64,000 nucleotides of DNA from an uncultured Actinomycetes bacterium (GTDB lineage: Bacteria > Actinomycetota > Thermoleophilia > Gaiellales > Gaiellaceae), in assembly GCA_963753295.1 (NCBI GenBank), contig CAVWBZ010000014.1, forward strand, positions 9,127-73,126, in the 5' to 3' direction. Below the pieces are notes generated by a model that saw nothing but the letters and a program-made list of their open reading frames with translations, made no database searches and was not told the origin of the DNA. Position numbers and translations under genes: made by a program. Below, in pieces: positions 21,337 to 30,228 of the stretch (position 1 is its first letter; each line of letters starts with the position of its first letter).

Positions 21337-22071
21337 GTGCTGATCCCGACTCCAAAGGCAATCGACGAAAACCTCGGGACCGTTCACAAGACGATCCGAT
21401 GGGCGCGGTCCAAGGCGAGCCGCGACCACATCTCGATTCACGGCAGCAACTTCACGCCGTCGGAGATAGGCACATACGGAGACAGGTTCTACACGCTGGC
21501 CGCCGTAGCTCCGAGCCGGCGGCTCCGTCATCCCGAAGCCCCCTCGGTCTCAAAATCGCTCGATTACCTGCGTGCGACAACACCCGTGCCGTTCGATCCC
21601 CAGGCGGTCGACGTGTTCCCAGACGTGATCAGTTTTGAGACCCCGCTGGAAGCGGGGCGCCAAGACCCGACGCATACGGCGCGGATCTACGCGCGTGGCT
21701 TAGTCGAACTTAAGTGTCGGATCATGCACTGGGCCCAGGGAACGCCTGAGAGAGTGCATGTCGATCTCGTTGAGACGTTCGAGCCACTCGCATGGCTGCT
21801 GCGTGGCGTAGAGAGCGGGGAGTACCAGCGCCTCTTTGACCTAGGGCTTACGGGTAGATGGCGACGGTTGGACTGGTACATCAATGTGACGCCGTACATC
21901 AATGGCGACTCCGGAAGCGTTCCTTGGGAAGAGCTTCGGTTCGTTGGACAAGCGCCTGGGATTCGGGGAAAACGGACAGTCCCGTGGCGCGAGACGTCAG
22001 GGCTTGCGCATCGCCGGCTGGCTCGGCGTCCGTCGCGCAATGCAACGACCGCGTACTCCCGATTCTTCTGA
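21337..22071 (+). CDS. hypothetical protein (244 aa), no family recognised
   Basis: GTG-started ORF with diverse, non-artifact composition (...LVELKCRIMHWAQGTPERVHVDLVETFEPLAWLLRGVESGEYQRLF...). Confidence 0.5.
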   Translation: MLIPTPKAIDENLGTVHKTIRWARSKASRDHISIHGSNFTPSEIGTYGDRFYTLAAVAPSRRLRHPEAPSVSKSLDYLRATTPVPFDPQAVDVFPDVISFETPLEAGRQDPTHTARIYARGLVELKCRIMHWAQGTPERVHVDLVETFEPLAWLLRGVESGEYQRLFDLGLTGRWRRLDWYINVTPYINGDSGSVPWEELRFVGQAPGIRGKRTVPWRETSGLAHRRLARRPSRNATTAYSRFF

Positions 22072-22302
22072 AGACGCTGCTTCGCTGGGGCGGAGACGCG
22101 GATCGACTCTGTTGAGGGCGCGGTTCGATCCTCCGCGGCGGTGCGGTCACAGCTTCCGCGCTGTAGCTCGCGTTCGGCTTTGAACTTCGGCGCGGGGCTT
22201 TCGCGCGGGAGCCCGAGTCGAGTCCGACCTCGCCATCGCCGACCCGCACGCGCTCGGCTTCCGCGACGTCGACTGAGATGACGAAACCCGACGACCGGCG
22301 GC

Positions 22303-22689
22303 TTACTCGTACGGTGGGTCGCAGGCGTCGTCTGGCGGGATTTCCCACCGTGACGCCACAGCGAGGCGGCGCTTACACGACCCCGTCTTCTTCCCGACGA
22401 CCAAGCCATGCGCTGGGTCTTCAGGGGTCGCAGCACGACAAACCACGAGATTCGCATCGCGCGCCGCCTGCGCGTCGAAACTCACGAGGCTGTATCCGGG
22501 GAATTCGTCGAGCAGCGTCGCGGGGCTCACCTGCAAGCCATCCTCGATATCGACGGAGAGCTCGATGTCCTGGAAGGCGCTGCTCGTGAGCCGGATACAT
22601 CCGCGGTCATCGTCCGCCTTCAAGAAGTTGTAATGCACGCGCCGGAAGAGCCGTGTAGCTCCGCCAATCGACGGATCATCGACGCACAT
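22303..22689 (-). CDS. hypothetical protein (128 aa), no family recognised
   Basis: ATG 22689. ...RLFRRVHYNFLKADDDRGCIRLTSSAFQD...PEDPAHGLVVGKKTGSCKRRLA... looks like a conserved actinobacterial orphan family that I cannot name. Confidence 0.5.
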   Translation of the reverse strand: MCVDDPSIGGATRLFRRVHYNFLKADDDRGCIRLTSSAFQDIELSVDIEDGLQVSPATLLDEFPGYSLVSFDAQAARDANLVVCRAATPEDPAHGLVVGKKTGSCKRRLAVASRWEIPPDDACDPPYE

Positions 22690-22767
22690 GTGACGCGGAA
22701 TCTAGCCGCGCAGCCGCAAGAGCACATCGCGGGAAGCGTCTCGCGCGTCAGCGGCGTGGATGTCCTG

Positions 22768-23069
22768 CTATGCGGCCTCCTCCCCCCACGGCATCGCGGA
22801 CATGAACTCCTCGTCGTCGGACCGACGGTGACCTCGATGCTAAGGCCGTTTCGATTCCACACCAGCTGCACGCCGCCGTCCGAGAGCGGTACGACAGTTG
22901 GCGGAGCCGAGAGGGGCTCCAGGACCGAGCCGAGAAACGTCGCGTCTTCGCCGGTCGAGTGCCGTCGCGACGGCCGTCGTCCCTGCCCGCCGGGAGTGCG
23001 CACTGACCGCAGACGCATGAACACGGGCTTGAACCAATTCGACGACGTGACCCGCGGTGGCAACGTCAT
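22768..23069 (-). pseudogene. frameshifted ~100-aa hypothetical gene
   Basis: ...EDATFLGSVLEPLSAPPTVVPLSDGGVQLVWNRNGLSIEVTV (frame of ORF 22620..23207) continues in another frame as ...SDDEEFMSAMPWGEEAA* (TAG 22768-22770). The start (ATG 23069 or 23018) is uncertain. Confidence 0.35.
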
Positions 23070-23163
23070 TCGAAGAGCCGGCCTCCCGATTTCAGCGACG
23101 CTGCCCGTCTCGGCTGGAAGGAGATCGACGACATCTCGGTCGCGTCGCGCTCGGCGTGCCGGG

Positions 23164-24027
23164 TTAGCCAGCAGTGGCGCTCCGTACCTCCTCTCCCCAA
23201 CGCTCATGCATTCGATCTGAAGTCAGCTCTGCGAAACCTCTCACAACCCATTCGTGCCCAACGTCGAGAGCCTCGAACGCCGCTTCCCGGCTCTCATCGG
23301 CAGCCAGCAGACGGGCCGTGAGGGTCATCACCCAGATCTGCGTCAGATCCACGCGCCGAACCGCTGGCGCAGCCGTCACGGTCAGCCGCCCCCTCGGCCC
23401 ATGATCGCCAGGGATGATGTATCGAAGAGCAAGCTGACCATCCTCCGACTGCGGGAGGAAACCGCCCACGGGTGTGGTCTCAACGCCCCGGAATACCTCG
23501 CGCATCCCGGGACGTTGGGAGCCGTCCTCTCCGATGTGGTTGATGTAGGTCACCTCACACCAGTTTGGACGCAGCGCGTGGCCACGCTCGCCCGCGATCT
23601 CTTCGAGCCGCTCGTAGTTCTCCACGAATTCGTCGCGAAGGCGCGTGTACCTCGGGTAGGGATCGCCAATCGGCACGCCCTCCGGGGAGCGCCGCCAGTT
23701 GTAGACGAAGATTCTTCGGGATTGATCACCGGGGCCGGCGCGGCGTGCGCAGAGTCGCTGCTGCGGCACTCAACGTACCTCATCACCGCCGATCGCCGCT
23801 CGGGGCCCGAAGTCCTCGCTCATAGGAGGCCGCCCGATCTGCTCCTCGCGTTTGGGGAAGCGAGACTCGAAGGCGGACACGAACTGCGCGATGTCGAGGA
23901 TGTCCACTGCATTCGGCTGTAGCTGCACAGCAAGCGCGACTTCCTCGAGAGGGGGATCGCGGAAGCTGGGCAGCCGTCCATGCTGTACGGCAGCCATGGG
24001 CGAATCGTAGAGCGTTTCCCGGATCAC
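23164..24027 (-). pseudogene. TIGR04255-like uncharacterised protein, interrupted by an in-frame TGA
   Basis: ORFs 23770..24027 and 23164..23769 are in the same frame and separated only by TGA (23770-23772). The N-terminus ...FRDPPLEEVALAVQL... fits the family as I recall it. Confidence 0.5.
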
Positions 24028-24069
24028 GCCGAGAGGAAGATGTCAGTGCCTGCCCGGGGGGCACCAATG

Positions 24070-24243
24070 GGGCCACCGGACGCGCTTCCCCGACCCTGTG
24101 GGCAAACCTACGGCGCGATCTTCCTCGGCGAGCGGTTCGGCCTCGCGGCCTTCGGCGGCCTTGCGCTCGTCCTCGCCGGAGTCGCCCTCGGGACGGGCGC
24201 GGTCGGCGTTCGCGCGCTTCGCCGGATAGCCTCGGCGATGTGA
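24070..24243 (+). pseudogene. 3' remnant of the same EamA/DMT transporter gene
   Basis: ...LPRPCGQTYGAIFLGERFGLAAFGGLALVLAGVALGTGAV... parallels the paralog C-terminus (...LPAFALFYGAVFLSEALTVQKLAGLLLIGAGVALGSGAV). Its TGA overlaps the paralog's GTG start. Confidence 0.55.
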
Positions 24244-25142
24244 GCCGCACGTACGCGCTCCTCCTGTTCGTCCTCGGGGCGATCTGGGGCTCGTCGTATC
24301 TCTTCATCAAGGTCGGCGTCCGCGACCTCTCGCCCGCCGCGCTGATCGACCTGCGGCTCCTCTTCGCCGCGCCGCCGCTCGTCGTCTTCGCATGGCGCCG
24401 CTACGGCGCCGCCGCTCTCGTCCGCGGCTGGCGCGAGGGGCTCGTGCTCGCCGTGCTCAACGCGGCCGTGCCTTTCACGCTCATCGCGTACGGCGAGAAG
24501 TGGGTCGACTCGGGGACGGCTGCGGTCGCGAACTCGTCCGTGCCGATCTTCGTCGCGCTGCTCGCGTTCTTCTTCGTCCCGAGCGAGCGATCGACGGGGA
24601 CGCGGCTCGCCGGCGTGCTGCTCGGTCTCGTCGGCGTCTCCATCCTCGCCGGCGTCCATCCGCAGGGCGGGTGGCACGGCACGGTCGGGATCGCCGCCAT
24701 CGTCGTCGCCTCCGTCTCGTATGCGGCCGCGAACCTCTACGCCGGCAGGCGCATGGGCGTCGGCGGGCCTGTTCTCGCCGCCGTCTCGATGCTGGCGGCG
24801 TTCTTCCTGCTGCTGCCGTTTGCGCTCGCGACCTTCCCGGCGCACATGCCGGGATGGAAGTCGGCCGGCTCGGCGGTGGCGCTCGGCCTGTTCGGGACGG
24901 CGCTCGCGCAGATCCTCTCGTACCGGATGATCCGGCTCTACGGCTCGTCGCGCTCCGTCCTCGTCGCATACATGCTGCCGGCCTTCGCGCTCTTCTACGG
25001 CGCGGTCTTCCTCAGCGAGGCGCTGACGGTGCAGAAACTCGCCGGGCTGCTGCTCATCGGGGCCGGCGTCGCGCTCGGAAGCGGCGCCGTTCGGATAGCG
25101 TCGCGTCGTGTCCGTCGAGCTCCGGCGCGCCAACCGCTCTGA
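24240..25142 (+). CDS. EamA/DMT-family transporter
   Basis: 300 aa with ~10 hydrophobic helices and two EamA-like halves. Confidence 0.85.
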   Translation: MSRTYALLLFVLGAIWGSSYLFIKVGVRDLSPAALIDLRLLFAAPPLVVFAWRRYGAAALVRGWREGLVLAVLNAAVPFTLIAYGEKWVDSGTAAVANSSVPIFVALLAFFFVPSERSTGTRLAGVLLGLVGVSILAGVHPQGGWHGTVGIAAIVVASVSYAAANLYAGRRMGVGGPVLAAVSMLAAFFLLLPFALATFPAHMPGWKSAGSAVALGLFGTALAQILSYRMIRLYGSSRSVLVAYMLPAFALFYGAVFLSEALTVQKLAGLLLIGAGVALGSGAVRIASRRVRRAPARQPL

Positions 25143-25626
25143 CGCCGAGTTCCTCCTCGAGCTCATCACCGGCGCGGACACGGAGCCGTTCCTCGGCGGG
25201 CCGGGCGGCTCGTCGCTCGACGACGTGCTCGCGGACATCGACCGGTCGGAACGCGAGCCGGAGGCGTTCGGCTGGCTCGTGGCCGAGGTCGACGGCGAGC
25301 CGGCCGGCTGCGCGGCGTACAACGTCGCGAGCGAGCGGATGCGCATCGTCGAGGGTCGCCGCCTCGCCGTTCATCCGCGCTTCCGCGGCCGGCGCCTCGG
25401 CGACGAGGTCGCCCGCGCCTTCCAGCGCCTCGTCCTCGGCGAGCTCGGCTTCCACCGCCTCGAGATCCAGGTCTACGGCTTCAACGAGCGGGCGCTCGCG
25501 CACGCGGAGCGGGTCGGCTACGTGCGCGAGGGCGTGAAGCGCAAGGCGTACATGAAGCTCGGGGAGTGGCAGGACGCCGTGGTCTTCTCGATGCTTCAGG
25601 AAGAGCTGCCCGGCGGGGCCGCCTGA
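25108..25626 (+). CDS. GNAT-family N-acetyltransferase
   Basis: 172 aa. LAVHPRFRGRRLGDEV acetyl-CoA-binding motif (R/Q-x-x-G-x-G/A type). Confidence 0.8.
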   Translation: MSVELRRANRSDAEFLLELITGADTEPFLGGPGGSSLDDVLADIDRSEREPEAFGWLVAEVDGEPAGCAAYNVASERMRIVEGRRLAVHPRFRGRRLGDEVARAFQRLVLGELGFHRLEIQVYGFNERALAHAERVGYVREGVKRKAYMKLGEWQDAVVFSMLQEELPGGAA

Positions 25627-25731
25627 TCGACCTCGGCCCGTGCATCGGCGGATGCCGTATCGCGTCGTCGTGAAGAAGCGCGGCGAGGCCGCCGAGGTCG
25701 ACCGGTCCGCGGCAGAGGTAGCCTCCCGGGC

Positions 25732-26091
25732 ATGACCCGATACCTGCACACCATGGTCCGGATCACCGATCCGGAGAAGAGCCGCGCCTTCTACGAAGCG
25801 TTGGGGCTCGAGATGCGGCGCGACATGGACATCGTCCGCAACGGCGAGCTCGAGGCGACGAACTACTTCTTCGGCGTCCCGGGGGAGGACGTGGAGCTCG
25901 AGCTCACGTTCAACCACGACGGGCGCGCGTACGAGCTGGGCACTGCGTACGGCCACGTCGCCTACGCGGTCGACGACCTCGCCGCGACGCTCGAGCAGCT
26001 GCAGGCGCAGGGCATCGAGCCGGAGCGCGAGCCGTACCGCGTTCGCGAGGGCGGATCGCTTCTCTGCTTCGTCAACGACCCGGATAGATAG
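25732..26091 (+). CDS. gloA: lactoylglutathione lyase (glyoxalase I), 3'-truncated copy
   Basis: MTRYLHTMVRITD...ELGTAYGHVAY...FVNDPD closely follows GloA. Similarity stops at 26085 (DPD|R*), so the usual GY-IELI C-terminal strand with its metal-ligand Glu is missing. Confidence 0.75.
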   Translation: MTRYLHTMVRITDPEKSRAFYEALGLEMRRDMDIVRNGELEATNYFFGVPGEDVELELTFNHDGRAYELGTAYGHVAYAVDDLAATLEQLQAQGIEPEREPYRVREGGSLLCFVNDPDR

Positions 26092-26381
26092 TTTCGAAGA
26101 TTGATTCGGCACCGCCGGAAACGTGCCACTCGGCGAGCGATCCCTCGCGTGATTTGCGCTCGTCCTTCGCGTAGGTCGCGATAAGGGGCCGAGATCGCCC
26201 ATCAAGAGCTGCCAGTAGCCAGCTCGATCTCGCAGGGATCTAGGACAGCGGCCTCGACAGTCAGGGCTCCTAGGCCCCGCTTCCGACCTGTGGCGATAGG
26301 ACGCTTCCAGAGCAGAGCCGCCCACCGACTCGATGCTTTTGGCCGATCTACGAGGCCGTGGACGGGCGGTAAGCTCGGCGC

Positions 26382-27299
26382 ATGGAGACGCGACAGCTCG
26401 TCGTGTTCTGCGAGGTCGTGGAGCGCGGGAGCTTCTCCGTCGCCGCAGAGCGGCTCGGGGTCACGCAGCCCGCCGTGAGCCTCCAGATCCGCGCGCTCGA
26501 GAAGCGGCTGGGCTCAAAGCTTCTCGACCGCTCGACGCGGCGCGTCGAGCCAACCGAGGCCGGCTGGCGGTTCTATGAAGGCGCGCAGCGCCTGATTGCC
26601 CTCGAGGATCAGCTCCTCGAAGACGTGTCGCACCACGGCGATGGTGTCGTCCGCGGGACTCTGGAGATTGGCTGCTCGACCGGCCCCGAGATCGTGATCG
26701 CCGTCCTGCTCTGTGAGTTTCAGCGCGAGTATCCCGAGGTTCGTGTCGCGTTATCAGTGTTCGACTCCCAACGCGTTGTCGAGCGCGTCGTGGCAAGGCA
26801 GCTCGAGTTGGGGTTCGTGGGCGCGCCGCCGCGCCAGCGAGGTGTTGAGTTCGAGCCGTTCCTCCTTGACGAGGTGATCCTCGTCGTACCGCCTGAGCAT
26901 CCTTTCGCAGACCGGACGATCACGCTCGAGGAGCTCGCGGACGCGACGCTGATCACGATGCAGGAGGGCGCTGGTGTCCGGCAGGTGATCGAGGACGAGC
27001 TGCGCGGACGGGAGCTGCGGCTGCGCGACCTCAACGTGCGGCTCGAGCTCGGGCTGCAAGAATCTGTGAAGGCCGCCGTGGTCGCTGGGCACGGAGTGAC
27101 GTTCATCTCGCGGATGTCTGCCGCCTCGGAGCTGGAGGCCGGCACCCTCGCCGTCGCGCGCGTCGAGGGGTTCGAGCCGTCGCGCCAGATCTCGCTCGTC
27201 AGCAGCTCCGGCCGCTCGCCGACGCGCGCGGGGCAGCTCTTCCTCGACTTCGCGAGGGCGCGCCTCGCAGGCAACGGCTCGGCTCAGATCCTGGCGTAG
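26382..27299 (+). CDS. LysR-family transcriptional regulator
   Basis: 305 aa. N-terminal HTH (FSVAAERLGVTQPAVSLQIRALE) plus a LysR substrate-binding domain. Confidence 0.85.
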   Translation: METRQLVVFCEVVERGSFSVAAERLGVTQPAVSLQIRALEKRLGSKLLDRSTRRVEPTEAGWRFYEGAQRLIALEDQLLEDVSHHGDGVVRGTLEIGCSTGPEIVIAVLLCEFQREYPEVRVALSVFDSQRVVERVVARQLELGFVGAPPRQRGVEFEPFLLDEVILVVPPEHPFADRTITLEELADATLITMQEGAGVRQVIEDELRGRELRLRDLNVRLELGLQESVKAAVVAGHGVTFISRMSAASELEAGTLAVARVEGFEPSRQISLVSSSGRSPTRAGQLFLDFARARLAGNGSAQILA

Positions 27300-27871
27300 A
27301 GCTCCTCCAGTTTCTTCGTCGCGGCGGTCTGGACGTCGTGGTAGAGGGAGTTGCCGTGGGCGTCGATGCCGACGGTGAGCGGCCCGAAGTCCTTCACGCG
27401 GAACTTCCAGAGGCACTCGGGCATGAGCTCTTCCCAGGCGACCTCCTCGATCTCCTCGATCTGGGTGGTCTCGAGCGCGGCGGCGCCGCCGACGATGGCG
27501 AAGTACACCATCCCCAGGCGCTGCATGGGCTCGATCGCGTCGTCGGGGAAGCCGCCCTTGCCGCAGATCGCGCGGACGCCGTACTGCGCGCCGAGCGGCT
27601 CGGTGAAGCGCACCATGCGCGCGCTCGTCGTCGTGCCGATGCAGACCTTCTCGTAGCGGCCGTCGTCGAGCTTGCGCACGCCGGGCGCGGTGTGGAGGAG
27701 GAACGCGCCGGCGAGGTCCATCGGCGGTTCGACGCCCTGGTCGAAGATCCGGATCTGGGTGCGGTCGCGGATGCCGATGATGTGGCCCTGCACGACGACC
27801 TCGTCGCCCGCCTTCAGCTTGAGGATCTCCTGCGGGTCGGTGATCGGGAACGTGACCTCGTGGGTCGCCAT
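27284..27871 (-). CDS. class I fumarate hydratase / L(+)-tartrate dehydratase beta subunit
   Basis: 195 aa from ATG 27871 in ORF 27284..28537. ...AICGKGG...VGGAAAL... is the Fe-S hydro-lyase C-terminal-domain pattern. Confidence 0.8.
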   Translation of the reverse strand: MATHEVTFPITDPQEILKLKAGDEVVVQGHIIGIRDRTQIRIFDQGVEPPMDLAGAFLLHTAPGVRKLDDGRYEKVCIGTTTSARMVRFTEPLGAQYGVRAICGKGGFPDDAIEPMQRLGMVYFAIVGGAAALETTQIEEIEEVAWEELMPECLWKFRVKDFGPLTVGIDAHGNSLYHDVQTAATKKLEELYARI

Positions 27872-27873
27872 GT

Positions 27874-28773
27874 CTAGGCCTCCCGGTCGTAGTCGACGCT
27901 GCCGTCGGCGGCGATGTGCGCGCTCGCGCGCCGCGCCGCCCAGCACTGGTAGTTGACGGCGACGGGGTTGAGGGTCATGTGCGTGTCGGCGTGCTCGATG
28001 TGGCAGTTGAGGACGGTGACGTCGCCGCCGAGCCCCATCGGCCCGATGCCGGTCTCGTTCAGGAGCCCCATCAGCTCGTCCTCGAGCTGGGCGACGATCG
28101 GGTCGGCGTTGCGGGTGCCGATCGGCCGCGCGATCGCCTCCTTCGCGAGGTACATCGCGTAGTCGGCCGAGCCGCCGATGCCGACGCCGACGATGCCGGG
28201 CGGGCACGGCTTGCCGCCGGCGCCGACGATCGACTCGAGCACGAACTTCTTGATCCCGTTCACCCCGTCGGCGGGGACGCACATCTTCAGGAAGCTCATG
28301 TTCTCGGAGCCGGAGCCCTTCGGCACGCACTTCACGTCGAGGCCGTCCCAGTCCTGGACGAACTCCCAGTGCACGATCGGGAGGCGGTGGCCGATGTTCG
28401 GGCCGGTGTTCTCGCGCGTGATCGTGTGCACGGCGTTCGAGCGCAGCGGATGCTCGAGCGTCGCGCGCGCGGTGCCGTCGCGGAGCGCCTCGTAGATGCG
28501 CGCGGGGTGGAGCGGGAAGTGCTCGCCGACGCGGCACGTGTACACCGCGATGCCGGTGTCCTGGCAGACGAGGTTGCTCTCGGAGTCCGCCACTTCGACG
28601 TTCCTCAGGATCGTGTTGAGGACGCGCTGCCCGGGGACCGACGTCTCACGGCCGGCGGCGGCCTTGAGCGCGTCGCGCAAATCCTGCGGGATGTCCTTCA
28701 ACGCCCACACGTACAGGTGCGCGGCGGCGTCCTCCACCACCGCCTGAAGATCGGTCGCGACGAGATCAGACAT
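27874..28773 (-). CDS. class I fumarate hydratase / L(+)-tartrate dehydratase alpha subunit
   Basis: 299 aa from ATG 28773. CQDTGIAV, KGSGSENMS and GVGIGGS motifs of the Fe-S type hydro-lyase alpha domain. Confidence 0.8.
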   Translation of the reverse strand: MSDLVATDLQAVVEDAAAHLYVWALKDIPQDLRDALKAAAGRETSVPGQRVLNTILRNVEVADSESNLVCQDTGIAVYTCRVGEHFPLHPARIYEALRDGTARATLEHPLRSNAVHTITRENTGPNIGHRLPIVHWEFVQDWDGLDVKCVPKGSGSENMSFLKMCVPADGVNGIKKFVLESIVGAGGKPCPPGIVGVGIGGSADYAMYLAKEAIARPIGTRNADPIVAQLEDELMGLLNETGIGPMGLGGDVTVLNCHIEHADTHMTLNPVAVNYQCWAARRASAHIAADGSVDYDREA

Positions 28774-30226
28774 CGCGGTAGACGGTGATCGTCTCGGTAT
28801 AGAACTCGAGCGCGGCGCGGCCCTGCTCATGCGGACCGTACGCCGATCCTTTGACGCCGCCGAACGGAACATGCGCTTCCGCGCCGGCAGTCTGCGAGTT
28901 CACATGCAGGATGCCAGCCCGTACACCGCGGACGAACCGCTCACTTGTTGCGAGTCCCTGCGTGAAGATCGAGGCTGACAGACCGAATCGCGCGGCGTTC
29001 GCCCGGTCGATCGCCTCGTCGAGGTCCGCGAAGCGGTAGAGGCTCGTCACGGGGCCGAACACCTCCTCGCACGATAGGTACGCGTCGTCAGCGACATCCT
29101 CGAAGACGGTCGGTGCGACGAACCAGCCTTCCCGGTCGAGCTTGACGCCGCCGGCGATCACACGGCCACCCTCGTTGCGTCCGCGCTCGATGCCGTCGAG
29201 GACGCCTTCGAGCTGGCGCTCGCTCACGAGAGGACCCACCTCGACGCTCGGATCGGTTGGGTCGCCGACGCGGCCCGCGGCGACCCGGGCGAGGAGGCGC
29301 TCGCGGAAGTCCTCGTAGATGGAGCTCTCGACGAGGATTCGCCGCGTCGCCGTGCATTTCTGCCCCGCCGACCAGAATGCCCCCGCGTACGCGGCCTCGA
29401 CCGCCGCGTCGAGGCGTGCGTCTGCCGCGACGACGAGTGGGTTCTGTCCGCCGAGCTCGAGTTGTACGCGCGCGCCGTGCGACGTGACGAGGTCCCGGAC
29501 CGATGTGCCGACCGCCACTGATCCGGTGAACGAGACGGCATCGACACGATGATTGGCTGCGAGCGCGTGCCCGACCGTCTTGCCGGCGCCGGTGACGACG
29601 TTCAGCACCCCGGCAGGTAGACCGGCAGCGCCGAGACACTCCGCCAGGTGGAGCCCGGTACGCGGCGCGTCGACGGAGAGCTTCAGCACGACGGTGTTCC
29701 CGTAAGCGAGCGCGGGCGCTGTCTTCCAGACCGGGATTGCGAGCGGGAAGTTCCACGGCGTGATCAGCCCGACGACGCCGACCGGTCGGCGGAGCGCAAG
29801 GATCGAGCCGGTCGTCACCGACTGCTCGTACACCTCCCCGACCGCACGCTGCCCTTCGGCTGCGAAGAAGTCGAGGATTGCGACGGCGCGCGTGACCTCC
29901 CCGCGCGACTCGCGTATCGGCTTCCCCATCTCGAGCGTCATGTCCGCAGCGACCTGATCGAGCCGGGCCTCGAGCAGCCTGGCGGCTTTGGCGAGAATGT
30001 GTCCGCGCGCAGGTGCCGGCGTGTCGGCCCACGACGGCGCGGCGGCGACCGCGGCCCCGACCGCGGTATCGGCGTCCGACGGTGTCGACGCGGCGAAGCG
30101 GCCTACGATCTCCGACGGGCGCGCCGGGTTGCGGCGCTCGTACTCGCCGCCCTCGCTCGAGGCGCTTGCGCCGGCGATGAAGTTACCGTGGACCGGCACG
30201 ATGTCGGTCGTGCGCTCGACCGACAT
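28766..30226 (-). CDS. NAD(P)-dependent aldehyde dehydrogenase (ketoglutarate-semialdehyde-DH-like)
   Basis: 486 aa. ELGGQNP catalytic Glu and GQKCTA catalytic Cys motifs. Subfamily is inferred from context only. Confidence 0.85.
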   Translation of the reverse strand: MSVERTTDIVPVHGNFIAGASASSEGGEYERRNPARPSEIVGRFAASTPSDADTAVGAAVAAAPSWADTPAPARGHILAKAARLLEARLDQVAADMTLEMGKPIRESRGEVTRAVAILDFFAAEGQRAVGEVYEQSVTTGSILALRRPVGVVGLITPWNFPLAIPVWKTAPALAYGNTVVLKLSVDAPRTGLHLAECLGAAGLPAGVLNVVTGAGKTVGHALAANHRVDAVSFTGSVAVGTSVRDLVTSHGARVQLELGGQNPLVVAADARLDAAVEAAYAGAFWSAGQKCTATRRILVESSIYEDFRERLLARVAAGRVGDPTDPSVEVGPLVSERQLEGVLDGIERGRNEGGRVIAGGVKLDREGWFVAPTVFEDVADDAYLSCEEVFGPVTSLYRFADLDEAIDRANAARFGLSASIFTQGLATSERFVRGVRAGILHVNSQTAGAEAHVPFGGVKGSAYGPHEQGRAALEFYTETITVYRDV

Positions 30227-30228
30227 CG

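Noticed and set aside
22111-22145. tRNA T-arm-like string GCGCGGTTCGATCCTCCGCGGCGGTG in the gap between convergent island genes (a possible att or tRNA 3' remnant).
   Set aside because: The T-stem pairs imperfectly. No D-arm, anticodon arm or complementary acceptor strand can be found in the preceding ~75 nt, and no second copy lies at the island edges.
26088-26381. A minus-strand coding-looking fragment (...IATYAKDERKSREGSLAEWHVSGGAESIFETIYPGR*) abuts the truncated gloA and could be a remnant of the inserted element.
   Set aside because: Only ~48 codons lie between stops, there is no start codon and no recognisable family. It is mentioned as context for the gloA finding but cannot be supported as a feature.
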